A stretch of DNA of 57,879 nucleotides, taken from positions 1-57,879 of the forward strand of contig JAVRCV020000060.1 in the NCBI GenBank assembly GCA_034530615.2. Reading direction: 5' to 3'. Shown piece by piece: positions 48,529 to 57,879 of this stretch. Position 1 is the first letter of the stretch. Each line of letters opens with the position of its first letter. Made by a program: the position numbers and the translations under genes. The notes beneath the pieces are model-generated. The model worked only from the letters and a program-made list of their open reading frames with translations, had not been told where the DNA came from and did not search any database. The stretch is from Aulosira sp. ZfuVER01 (GTDB taxonomy: Bacteria > Cyanobacteriota > Cyanobacteriia > Cyanobacteriales > Nostocaceae).

Positions 48529-48849
48529 TTATTGAGATAATGACTTTAATTCCTCTAAACTACAACGCAAACGCGGCTTTTCAGGGTCTGTCAAATCTAG
48601 CTTGTCCCAAGGTACTGTATGACCACCATGAATTTTATGCGCCCCAAGTAAATGCAAAATTCCTAACCCAATTGTCCAGGCGGATAATCTTTCTAAAATT
48701 GCCGCGTAGCCAATCAGATATTCCTGAACTAACCATTCTTCACCTTGCTTTTCGGCGCGTACTTCCTCAATACGTCCGATCGCTTTACCATTGGAGTCTA
48801 ATACTTGCTTACCAAGTAGCAGTTCTAAATGAATTTCACTAGTTGCCAT
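48529..48849 (-). CDS. PRC-barrel domain protein
   Basis: LLGKQVLDSNGKAIGRIEEV…VPWD. The start MATSE at 48849 overlaps the upstream stop (TAATG). Confidence 0.82.
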   Translation of the reverse strand: MATSEIHLELLLGKQVLDSNGKAIGRIEEVRAEKQGEEWLVQEYLIGYAAILERLSAWTIGLGILHLLGAHKIHGGHTVPWDKLDLTDPEKPRLRCSLEELKSLSQ

Positions 48850-49208
48850 TATCCATCTCCTGGGATGCGTTTGATAATGCGATCGCGCAACCATTTTTCG
48901 TAGGCTAATGCTGGTGTTGCTTCTGCTTCCATATCGACTTCCACATCAATACCAACATCCCGCACCTTTGACCAAGGAATCCGAAATGGTTCAGTTTGCT
49001 TCCCACCCCATTTACTCGCAATTGCTGCTATCCAACGTGCTAAACGTGGATTTAACCTGTTAGCCAGGGTTGTCACTCCCACTTCTATATAAATTAGTCG
49101 TGGTGGTTTTCCTTCTTGTAATTCCATCACAACGCCATCAACTTTACCCATTTTGTGTTGATTGCGATCTACTAATTGATTATCCAAAACATCTCTAATA
49201 ATATCCAT
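48849..49208 (-). CDS. PRC-barrel-like protein
   Basis: DVLDNQLVD…GKVDGV…IPWSKV. Confidence 0.82.
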   Translation of the reverse strand: MDIIRDVLDNQLVDRNQHKMGKVDGVVMELQEGKPPRLIYIEVGVTTLANRLNPRLARWIAAIASKWGGKQTEPFRIPWSKVRDVGIDVEVDMEAEATPALAYEKWLRDRIIKRIPGDG

Positions 49209-49282
49209 ATTCTTGCACTCTTCTCTGCGTCTCTGCGTGAGACAAAAAATATTGAAGAAACAACTCGATTCATTTCAAGATA

Positions 49283-50497
49283 TCAACCTCCGATAAATTC
49301 CAAAGGAATTGCAACAATCGCTAAGATAAATGCCAGCACAATTGTAAATATCACCACGCTATTACTAATCCAACCGTTGCGATACTCACCCACATATAAC
49401 TCATCATTCATTAAGACTAAAAATGGCACAATTACAGGTGGTAAAATGACTGCTGTAATTGCCATTGAAAATAAAGTCAATTGTAAAGGGTCGATACCAA
49501 ATACCATTAGTAACGACGCTAAAAATACAAACACGGTATAAACCAAACTAAACCGCGCTGCATCTTTTGGTTTGAGACTTTCACCCCAATTCCAACCAAA
49601 AGCTTGAGCCACAATATAGGCTGTATCAAGGGTAACTTCCAGTGCAGCACCAAAGCAGGCTATTCCTAGGGATGCTGCAAAGAGAATAAAACCCCAATAA
49701 CCCAGAGGTGCTGTCAGCATCAAAGCCGCTTGTTCGTAGCTATCGACTTGAACACCTTGAGGCTTAAGCACCATCGCTGCGACAATCAGCACACCGAGCG
49801 ATACTATACTACCAAAGCCCATCCCCAAACCGGCAACGGCACGATTCACACCAATATGACTTTCATCCCATTTATCTTCTACTGCACCCGATGAGTAAAA
49901 ATAAAATAGGTAAGGGCTGATTAATGCACCTAAAATACTCACAGCAATAAATAGATAATGGGTAGTATCTTCCCTTGATATTGTGGGTAACAAACCACTG
50001 CCAATTTGAGTTAATGATGGATGTAGTTTAAATGTGGCATAGACAAATACTAATGTAATTAATCCTAATAGTGAAACGCCATTTTCAATTAAACCAAATG
50101 TGCCTTTCCAAAGCAGTAACCAAATTGCAAAAGCTACAGGTAAAGCAAACCATTGGAAACTAATGCCTGTGACTAGTTGTAGTGCTATACAAACACCACC
50201 TATTTCAGCTGCTAAAACTAGAAAATCAACAACAATTTCTGCAAATAAGGGAATCACATAAAAGTTGAAACCGAAGCGTTCCCTAACTGCCGCAGCTAAG
50301 GTATGCTTACTAACGGCGGCTAATCGCCCAGACATTTCCACTAAAGAGATTACACAAATTGTCCCTAGGACAATTACCCAAATAAGTTGAAAACCGTAGA
50401 GAGATCCAGCTTCTGCTGCTGTAGCGATCGCACCTACATCCAGAAAGCCGCCAATACTGGTAACAATTCCCAGTGCAATTTCCAAAATTTTCTTCAT
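49283..50497 (-). CDS. Nramp/MntH-superfamily divalent-cation transporter (divergent)
   Basis: About 11 TM helices. GGFLDVG replaces the canonical DPGN, and LGALISPY is present. Confidence 0.85.
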   Translation of the reverse strand: MKKILEIALGIVTSIGGFLDVGAIATAAEAGSLYGFQLIWVIVLGTICVISLVEMSGRLAAVSKHTLAAAVRERFGFNFYVIPLFAEIVVDFLVLAAEIGGVCIALQLVTGISFQWFALPVAFAIWLLLWKGTFGLIENGVSLLGLITLVFVYATFKLHPSLTQIGSGLLPTISREDTTHYLFIAVSILGALISPYLFYFYSSGAVEDKWDESHIGVNRAVAGLGMGFGSIVSLGVLIVAAMVLKPQGVQVDSYEQAALMLTAPLGYWGFILFAASLGIACFGAALEVTLDTAYIVAQAFGWNWGESLKPKDAARFSLVYTVFVFLASLLMVFGIDPLQLTLFSMAITAVILPPVIVPFLVLMNDELYVGEYRNGWISNSVVIFTIVLAFILAIVAIPLEFIGG

Positions 50498-50501
50498 GGC
50501 T

Positions 50502-50933
50502 TTATTCTGGTATTTTTCTCATTCTGTTTAGCACTCTACTCTCTGCTTCTAATTCTTCTAGGGATTTTTGCACCTGGGCACGATTCGCTTGAGTAATTGC
50601 TATTGATATTTTCTCTGTTTTATTAGCTAATAGTAAAACCTCAGTTAAAACTACAGATTTATGCTGCTGAATTGCCTTTTGAGAGGGCTGGAATTTTCCA
50701 ATATTATCTCTTTCTTTTAAAATCTCTTCTTGAGCTTTTTTCAAAGTTTCCTGAGCATATTTTTTAGGTACAGCACCATGTATCCAAGCATCACCTACCA
50801 TGTGGGCTGTTGCTGACCAGGAAGATACATTTTGGATTTCTTTAGTCATTTCTTTGGAGGAAGAGTTACTAGTACAAGATGTTAGCCAGAGAATTACTAA
50901 CATTAAAAATGTATATTTACCTACTTCTGGCAT
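50502..50933 (-). CDS. Putative lipoprotein
   Basis: Signal peptide with lipobox LTSC. GAGG RBS. First gene of the operon. Confidence 0.8.
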   Translation of the reverse strand: MPEVGKYTFLMLVILWLTSCTSNSSSKEMTKEIQNVSSWSATAHMVGDAWIHGAVPKKYAQETLKKAQEEILKERDNIGKFQPSQKAIQQHKSVVLTEVLLLANKTEKISIAITQANRAQVQKSLEELEAESRVLNRMRKIPE

Positions 50934-51809
50934 TTCTATACACCTCGTTGTTTAGATAATATATTTTTGGCATTATCTTGATAATTATGTACATCTCCCC
51001 CGCGAAAGATTTACTAATTTATAAAAATAATTACGACTTAATTTTTGTAAAGATAAAACAATAAATTTATACATTAATTAGATAATTACTGAGGTTTAAA
51101 TCTATGATTTAATTCAATTAATACCCAATTTCTAAAATTCATTTAATTATATTCATCTTTTTAGCAATTGCATCCCCACAAATGTAGATAATTCAGTTCT
51201 ATCTAAGTGTAGATATGCTACTAATAAATAGTTTTTTGCACAGATGCAGTAATGATAATTAATCAGCCTGATACAATAGAATTGTTTGGCTGGGCAATGC
51301 CCAGCCAAAAGATGCTTTTTATTGTTGGCTTTTAACTTTTCCATTGCATTCACACCAACAATAATTGATGCTTGCTGAATCTACTGAAATGAAAACGCAA
51401 ACTTCAGTTTGAGAAAGCAATATCTGCTTTTGCTAATTAAATTTCTAATAGGAGGGCGAACAACTGTACTCTACTCTAATAAAAGACACGGGTAGAGAAC
51501 ATTATTCATGGGTGCTTACTTAACGTGAAATCTACATTTATGACAACGTTTTACTCTCACCATAGAATGGGACAAGGGGTTCGGGGATGAGGTAATATCT
51601 AATACTATTTCAGTTAAATAATAATACAAACACGTAAGTATAGCGTTCCCGACCCAGTAAAGTACAGGAAGAAATAATTAACCCCAGATGAACACAGATG
51701 TAGACGCGCAGCGGTGAGTGCAGCACTGCGAGAGGGTTTCCCTTCGCAGGCGACTGGCATTAGCGACACAGAAGCACACTAGTAACTGCTATAAGGGTTT
51801 AGCATTGCT

Positions 51810-52013
51810 CATACGTGTCAACTTAACGCGAAACCCTGTTACCGCAAGGAACTGAAGTTCCTTGCTAATAGCTTAAGTCATCTTCAGATGACTAAATATC
51901 CTCAAAATCTTGAGTCTACTTCAGTAGACTTGGGCTTTGGTCCTGAGAATTCATTCTCAGGCGGGCGACAAAGCTAACACAGAGGCTATTTTTAGCTTAA
52001 GTTGACACCAATG
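51810..52013. mobile_element. 204-bp MITE (TIR CAT..GTGTCAACTTAA) with 9-bp target duplication and four internal hairpins
   Basis: AGCATTGCT at 51801-09 and 52014-22. TIRs catacgtgtcaacttaa / ttaagttgacaccaatg. Confidence 0.88.
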
Positions 52014-52718
52014 AGCATTGCTAAACTCCTACGAAAAATTTATGTGTATCAGGATTTTTGTGATTTTGTATAACACGCTAGGATATTTTTTTAATTGGAA
52101 GTCCCTTGAGTGAGTAGCACCCACTCTTTTTATATTTATGAGGTTTAATTTCTGGAAATTATTTATTTTCAATGGTCGTGATAAATAAATCTACTTTATC
52201 AGTATTTACAGTAGTCTTTATATTGTTCTAGTCTCTTGATTCCCTACCTTAAAAAAAGCCGCGCTTGCTTAGACTATAAAAATTGATGTTCATCTGGGCT
52301 GACTATTACTCGTTAACCAAAATTTGGTAAATTGTTTCTCTAAATACCACAAATATGCTATTCTATTCTTCCTCATCAAGGCTTTCAAGCTTTTACCCTG
52401 GTAAAATTAGCTGTTCATTACTAAAAAACTTTGCAGGTAACTGACTAAATTTCAGCACAACTGTTCATATTTACCAGAAAAACTGATGGTAACTATACCT
52501 TCCTCTTCCTTATGCCTTTTTGTCACCCAAGCCCTATATACTAGACTATAATTTAAGCAATTTGAGAATTTTGTTAATTGTGATACCGTAAACTATTAAT
52601 TTTTAGAGGAAATACTAGCGAAAATACAGCTTTTAAGGTTTAGTAAAAATTATATCCAGTATCATCAAAAAAGACTGAAAATTTCATGTGGTGTGAAAAT
52701 CAAGAGAGGAGTAAAGAC

Positions 52719-53549
52719 ATGGATTTACGTAGAGATGCACTACAGATATTGAAGGAAACTAGTCGAACTTTTTACATTCCAATTAGTTTTTTACCTTCAG
52801 GATTACAAGAGGCAGTTGCATCAGCATACTTGTGTATGCGTGCTATTGATGAAATTGAAGATCATCCAGAACTGGATAACCCAACTAAAGCACAGTTGCT
52901 AAGAACAATTAGCTTGACATTACAAGCAGGAGTTGATGGTTTTGCAGTTGATGCTTTTGCTCTAGGGTTTAATGGTTACGAAAATATCTTACCAGAAGTC
53001 ACCCTTGGGATTAGAGAATGGTCAATATTAGCACCGGAAGCGATCGCACCCCGAATTTGGGATGCCACCGCCGCAATGGCAGACCGGATGGCGCACTGGG
53101 CAGAAATAAACTGGAAAGTTCAGACAGAGTCTGATTTAGATCGTTATACATTTGGGGTGGCAGGTGCGGTGGGCTTGTTACTATCAGATTTATGGGCTTG
53201 GTATGATGGCACGCAAACTAACCGAACTCAAGCAATTGGGTTTGGTCGAGGCTTACAAGCAGTGAACATCTTGCGTAACCACACTGAAGATTTAAAACGC
53301 GGCGTAGATTTTTATCCCGAAGGGTGGACTGCGGCAAATATGCACGAGTATGCACGCCGCAATCTAGCTTTGGCAGATGCTTACACCAAAGACCTGCCTG
53401 CTGGCCCAGCTTTAGACTTTTGTCAAATTCCCCTCACCTTGGCACACGGCACACTTGATGCCTTAGCCAATGGCAAAGAAAAACTCAGCCGCAACGATGT
53501 TTTGGCACTTCTCAAGCAGTTTATCAATGTGAACATCAAAGCTAGCTAG
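52719..53549 (+). CDS. sqs: Squalene synthase (cyanobacterial type)
   Basis: TSRTF, YLCMRAIDEIED, VAGAVG and LQAVNILRN. AGGAG RBS before ATG 52719. Adjacent to hpn genes. Confidence 0.85.
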   Translation: MDLRRDALQILKETSRTFYIPISFLPSGLQEAVASAYLCMRAIDEIEDHPELDNPTKAQLLRTISLTLQAGVDGFAVDAFALGFNGYENILPEVTLGIREWSILAPEAIAPRIWDATAAMADRMAHWAEINWKVQTESDLDRYTFGVAGAVGLLLSDLWAWYDGTQTNRTQAIGFGRGLQAVNILRNHTEDLKRGVDFYPEGWTAANMHEYARRNLALADAYTKDLPAGPALDFCQIPLTLAHGTLDALANGKEKLSRNDVLALLKQFINVNIKAS

Positions 53550-53597
53550 TTTGGAAAGGCAGAAGGCAGAGGGGCAGAGGGACAAGGAGGACAAGAA

Positions 53598-53800
53598 ATT
53601 TTAGATTTTAGATTTTGCGGAAAGTTGAGCCAGTGCGTTGGGCGGGTTCCCCGACTTGAAGCAACTGGCGTTGCCAGGAGGGTTTCCCTCCGTAGCAAAC
53701 TTTCCAAGACGGATTTTAGATTGAAATCTAATCCAAAATCGCAAATTCAAAATCAAAAATTGTTTCCAATGCCCCATGCCCAATGCCCCATGCCCAATTA
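53598..53800. repeat. Composite of heptamer repeats and small dispersed palindromic repeats
   Basis: ATTTTAG/TCAAAAT arms enclose gcgttgggcgggttccccgacttgaagcaactggc. Related copies occur at ~51723 and ~55331. Confidence 0.65.
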
Positions 53801-53830
53801 CTATTAACCCTTGACTAAGGAGACATATCA

Positions 53831-55297
53831 GTGAAGAAAACTTTGTTCCTCAGTCCCCCTTCCTTTGATGGGTTTGACGGTGGTGCGGGTTCACGATACC
53901 AAGCCAAGCGCGAAATTACTTCCTTTTGGTATCCCACATGGTTAGCGCAACCCGCTGCACTTGTACCAGGTAGCAAGCTTGTGGATGCTCCACCGCACGG
54001 TCAAACTGTGGAAGATGTGCTGAAAATCGCTCAGGATTACGAATTGGTAATCATGCACACCAGTACGCCCTCACTCGCTAATGATGTCAAGTGTGCAGAA
54101 GCTATCAAGGCGCAAAATCCAGATGTGCAGATAAGCTTTGTCGGGGCCCATGTCGCAGTATTACCAGAGGAGACACTGCGGGATAACCCAGTTATCGACT
54201 TTGTTTGTCGCAATGAATTTGACTATACCTGCAAAGAACTGGCAGAAGGCATCCCTTGGGAAAATATTAAAGGTCTAAGCTACCGTGACCAATACTCTAA
54301 CGTGCGTCATAATGAAGAGCGCCCCTTAATTCACGATTGGGATGCCATGCCCAGTGTCCTCCCTACCTATGCTCGTGACTTAGACATTGATAAATATTTC
54401 ATCGGCTACCTACTGCATCCCTACATTTCCTTTTACACTGGGCGCGGTTGTCCGGCGAAATGTACTTTCTGCCTCTGGCCGCAAACAATAGGCGGTCATC
54501 TCTACCGTCATAAAAGTCCAGAGGTTGTCGGGCGGGAGATGGAAGAAGCCAAAGCCATCTTCGGTGATAAGGTGCGCGAATATATGTTTGATGACGATAC
54601 CTTTACGATAGACAAACATCGCGCGATCGCCATCAGCGAACACATGAAGCGGCTCAAACTCACATGGAGTTGTAACGCCCGTGCCAACTTAGACTACGAC
54701 ACCTTAAAAACCCTGCGCGACAACGGTCTGCGCTTGCTGCTTGTCGGTTTTGAATCTGGTAATCAAGATATTCTCAACCGCATTAAAAAAGGCATCAAGC
54801 TAGAAGTGGCACGGGAATTTATGAAAAACTGCCACAAACTCGGCATTACTGTTCACGGCACATTCATTATTGGTCTACCAATTGAAACCAAAGAAACCGT
54901 AGAAGAGACAATTCGCTTCGCTTGCGAACTCAGTCCCCATACAATTCAAGTCTCAATTGCTGCACCATATCCTGGTACAGAACTATACGAACAAGCCAAA
55001 GAAAACGGCTGGTTTACCAACCAATCTTTAGTAGCTAACTCCGGTATCCAAACCTCAACACTGCAATATCCCACCCTTTCCAGCGAAGAAATCGAAGATG
55101 CAGTTGAGCGGATGTACCGCAAATTCTACTTCCGTCCCAAAGCAATCATCCCGATTGTCAAAGAAATGCTCACAGATCGGCAGATGATGGTCCGCCGTCT
55201 GCGCGAAGGCGGAGAGTTCTTCTCCTACCTCAAAGAACGCCGCAATCAGCAGACCACTGCACACGCACAATCTAGACAAACGGCGAGTGTTTCGTAA
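53831..55297 (+). CDS. hpnJ: Hopanoid biosynthesis-associated radical SAM protein HpnJ
   Basis: FDGGAGSRYQA…SFWYPTWLAQ N-terminus and CPAKCTFC radical-SAM motif. AAGGAG RBS. Confidence 0.92.
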   Translation: MKKTLFLSPPSFDGFDGGAGSRYQAKREITSFWYPTWLAQPAALVPGSKLVDAPPHGQTVEDVLKIAQDYELVIMHTSTPSLANDVKCAEAIKAQNPDVQISFVGAHVAVLPEETLRDNPVIDFVCRNEFDYTCKELAEGIPWENIKGLSYRDQYSNVRHNEERPLIHDWDAMPSVLPTYARDLDIDKYFIGYLLHPYISFYTGRGCPAKCTFCLWPQTIGGHLYRHKSPEVVGREMEEAKAIFGDKVREYMFDDDTFTIDKHRAIAISEHMKRLKLTWSCNARANLDYDTLKTLRDNGLRLLLVGFESGNQDILNRIKKGIKLEVAREFMKNCHKLGITVHGTFIIGLPIETKETVEETIRFACELSPHTIQVSIAAPYPGTELYEQAKENGWFTNQSLVANSGIQTSTLQYPTLSSEEIEDAVERMYRKFYFRPKAIIPIVKEMLTDRQMMVRRLREGGEFFSYLKERRNQQTTAHAQSRQTASVS

Positions 55298-55463
55298 AAC
55301 TGGATACGAGAAGGGGGACAAGGGGGAGTCACTGCGTTGGACGGGTTTCCCGGCTTAAAGCAAGTGGCCTGACAAGGAAGTAGAGGAACATAATAACTAT
55401 TGACCCTTTGACCTTTGACCCTTGACCCTTGACTCTTGCCCAATGCCCCATGCCCAATGCCCC

Positions 55464-56330
55464 ATGTCCAATAACAAATCCCATCGCTTTGTCATTATTA
55501 ATGGTGATGACTTTGGCTTTTCTGCTGGTGTCAATCAAGCAATTATCCAAGCTTACGAACAAGGTGTGCTAACTAGTACCAGTTTGATGGTAACGGGAGA
55601 TGCAGCCGAAGAAGCGATCGCCTGGGCACGTAATCACCCAAATTTGGCAGTTGGCCTGCATTTAGTACTAGTGTGCGGTCGGGCTGTTTTGCCACCCTCA
55701 CAAATTCCTCATTTGGTTGACCCCAAAGGTAACTTTTCCGATAGTCCTCTGATAGCTGGATTACGCTATCAATTCCATCCTGCTGCTTGTGAAGAACTGC
55801 GGCAAGAAATTCGCGCCCAGTTAGAAAAATTCCGTGACTCTGGGCTACCCCTTTCCCATGTAGACGGGCATCTACATTTACATACTCATCCCGTAATATT
55901 ACGTATTTTGACTGAATTGTCTCAGGAATTTGGTATCCGAGTAATTCGTTTGCCATCCGAAGAATTGCAATTTAACCTGAAGCTTGACAGACGCAACCTC
56001 ATAACTAAGTTAGTCTGGTCAGGAGTATTTGGGAGACTACGCAGCTATGGAGAAAGTTTACTGAAATCTCATAGTATTAAATACGCCGATCGAGTGTATG
56101 GATTGCTGCAAACTAGCTCCATGACTGAGAAATACTTACTTGGTCTCATACCCCAAATTCAAGCAGACCTAGTAGAAATTTATTCCCATCCAGCAGTGAT
56201 TAATACTGGAGAACCACTCAACGGGCCATCAGGCTCAGGCGCAGCAGAACTATCTGCCCTTTTGAGCGAGCATGTACGCCAGAGTTTGACAACTAACGGC
56301 TTTGAATTAACTAATTACCACAGGGTTTAA
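55464..56330 (+). CDS. hpnK: Hopanoid biosynthesis-associated YdjC/ChbG-family deacetylase HpnK
   Basis: NGDDFG, GLHL, HVDGHLHLH and EIYSHP. Follows hpnJ. Start MSNNK at 55464. Confidence 0.9.
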   Translation: MSNNKSHRFVIINGDDFGFSAGVNQAIIQAYEQGVLTSTSLMVTGDAAEEAIAWARNHPNLAVGLHLVLVCGRAVLPPSQIPHLVDPKGNFSDSPLIAGLRYQFHPAACEELRQEIRAQLEKFRDSGLPLSHVDGHLHLHTHPVILRILTELSQEFGIRVIRLPSEELQFNLKLDRRNLITKLVWSGVFGRLRSYGESLLKSHSIKYADRVYGLLQTSSMTEKYLLGLIPQIQADLVEIYSHPAVINTGEPLNGPSGSGAAELSALLSEHVRQSLTTNGFELTNYHRV

Positions 56331-56458
56331 TGGACATTGGGCATTTGTTTTCCCACTGCTCCCTTGTCCCTCCGAAGTTCAGATCGCCGGAAGCCGGCGC
56401 TCCGACTTCTCTCCTTGTCCCCCTTATCCCCCTCTGCCCTCTGCCCTCTGCCTTATTT

Positions 56459-56824
56459 TCAAGACAGTGCATTTTTCTTCATATCCTCCAGGCTACAGAC
56501 TTCCAAAGCTCTAGCCTGGGTAGCTGAAAGAACCACTGGGGGAGCCACGCCAGCTTCCAGAGCTTCTTGCCAACGAGCCGCACATAAACACCAGCGATCG
56601 CCTGGTTTCAATCCGGGAAAATTAAATTCGGGAACAGGTGTGCTGAGGTCATTCCCTTGCAATTTAGTAAATTCCAGAAATTCTGCTGTCACTTGGGCAC
56701 AAACAACGTGCATCCCAAAATCTTGACCGCCTGTATTGCACAAGCCATCGCGGTAATAACCAGTCATGGGAGAAGTGCAGCAAATCTCCAGGTTGGTGCC
56801 TAGTACGTTTTTAGCTTCTGCCAT
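56459..56824 (-). CDS. DUF2237 family protein
   Basis: NVLG…PMTGYYRDG.C…GNDLSTP…GLKPGDRWCLCA.RW. GAGG upstream of the ATG at 56824. Confidence 0.9.
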   Translation of the reverse strand: MAEAKNVLGTNLEICCTSPMTGYYRDGLCNTGGQDFGMHVVCAQVTAEFLEFTKLQGNDLSTPVPEFNFPGLKPGDRWCLCAARWQEALEAGVAPPVVLSATQARALEVCSLEDMKKNALS

Positions 56825-57048
56825 AAACACCTCGCCTAAGGAATGGAATTAGTCTTGCCAAATTAGTCAAAACTTTATCATCTTTCCATGACTGAAGGAG
56901 TAATGCACGTACTCGATGACGAAGTAGCGAACAGTTTTCCAAAATCAAGATTTCAGCCTCAATCAATTCCTAATGCTGTACTCCTCAATTCCGTATTTTC
57001 ACAGTAGCAATCGGCTGTAACACCCGTGTAATCTGTAGCGAATATCTT

Positions 57049-57357
57049 TTGATGCTCTCAGACGTTGTGAAATCAATTCTTCAGACCTACTTAGAACAAG
57101 AAATCTGGATACTAATAAGAGATAAGTGGTATTTCGCCACAGTAATCGGAGTTTGGGATGATTTGTTGTGGTTTAAACACAGAACTTACAACAAAGAAAC
57201 AGAGGAGGATACTCTGTGGGAAATGATTGTCAAAATCAGTGAAGTAATTGCTATTGATAAAGTTAAGTCTGTTGTGAGTAGAAAACCAGATGTGTTTATT
57301 TCACGACTACTCGAAACTGAGACAGGCACAGGTCATCATCCAGAGCATGAAAATTAA
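57049..57357 (+). CDS. Hypothetical protein (small beta-rich, possibly Sm/SH3-like)
   Basis: 102-aa ORF with plausible composition. Confidence 0.7.
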   Translation: MMLSDVVKSILQTYLEQEIWILIRDKWYFATVIGVWDDLLWFKHRTYNKETEEDTLWEMIVKISEVIAIDKVKSVVSRKPDVFISRLLETETGTGHHPEHEN

Positions 57358-57404
57358 CTAGCTGAATAACAACGCTCGCTGCTCTTGAGACAGAAGCAAA
57401 GTTA

Positions 57405-57510
57405 TACCAATTCAAAAAATCTTTGCAACACATCAATCATTTATAGGTAGGGGCGCAAAGCTTTGCACTCCTACCTTTTATATTTGTCGCATTCTTTTTT
57501 CAAACTGGTA
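57405..57510. mobile_element. MITE (TACCAATT family, TTA duplication) with GTAGGGG…CCTAC REP-like cargo
   Basis: TTA at 57402-04 and 57511-13. Ends are taccaatt/aactggta. Confidence 0.75.
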
Positions 57511-57879
57511 TTAAATCTCCGCACCAAAAACCTAATTTTGTTCGCGTAAATCGCTGAGTGTGTAGATGACGAAACGGGTGCATCCCAGTTTTTATTTTGC
57601 CACGAGAGTATAACTGTCATTGCAAAAAAGTGGGATGCTCCCTGACAAAACTTGGTAATTTCCCCTGCAACAGCGAGATTATGTCTGTTGGTTTCAAGAG
57701 GCGATTAAAGATGAATCACCTGAGCATGTTTAAGCTAACTAAATACTTATTTGTTAAATCTACATACTAAATTAAAGTCTTTGCTTTAGGCATTGTCACG
57801 GTTATCAAATTGTTTTTCCTAGATATATAGCTATAGCCATCAAGATTAGGACGTAAACTATAAGAGTTCCCAAGTGCAT

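Noticed and set aside
51153..51353. 66-aa minus-strand ORF
   Set aside because: AT-rich intergenic DNA with no RBS or recognisable motif.
53601..53807. 60-aa ORFs between sqs and hpnJ, and the N-terminal extension of hpnK from 55422
   Set aside because: They are translations of heptamer and palindromic repeats (MPHAQCP).
57545..57645. Riboswitch near the GG.GCATCCCA…TGGGATGC.CC hairpin
   Set aside because: No aptamer consensus was recognised. It resembles the dispersed GGGAGCAAGATGCTCCC-type palindrome at ~13293.

Overview
Chromosomal segment of a heterocyst-forming (Nostocales-type) cyanobacterium, inferred from the many HIP1 octamers (GCGATCGC), the heptamer STRR-like repeats and the gene content. 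In order, it carries an atypical Hsp70 with a zinc-ribbon/TPR partner, a caspase(C14)-EAL fusion, a DUF697 GTPase and a FecR-domain/beta-barrel pair. It continues with a desaturase-like gene, a Tat-exported PaoABC/YagTSR-like molybdoenzyme operon with xdhC, and a cluster of PAS/GAF hybrid histidine kinases. The right part holds a CocE hydrolase, an XPB-like helicase with a DUF790 nuclease, a GH31 glucosidase, a lipoprotein-Nramp-PRC-PRC operon and hopanoid genes (sqs, hpnJ, hpnK). The most notable unexplained signal is a tandem pair (533-bp period) of apparently promoter-bearing, highly structured ~270-nt non-coding elements at 12325-12596 and 12858-13128. Their differences cluster in an apical hairpin and several retain pairing as G-U, which suggests an uncharacterised ncRNA. 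Intergenic DNA is full of nested MITEs with readable target-site duplications, one of which splits an xisH-like pseudogene. Small palindromic repeats have also inserted in-frame into several proteins. All family assignments are by eye from motifs; no searches were run.
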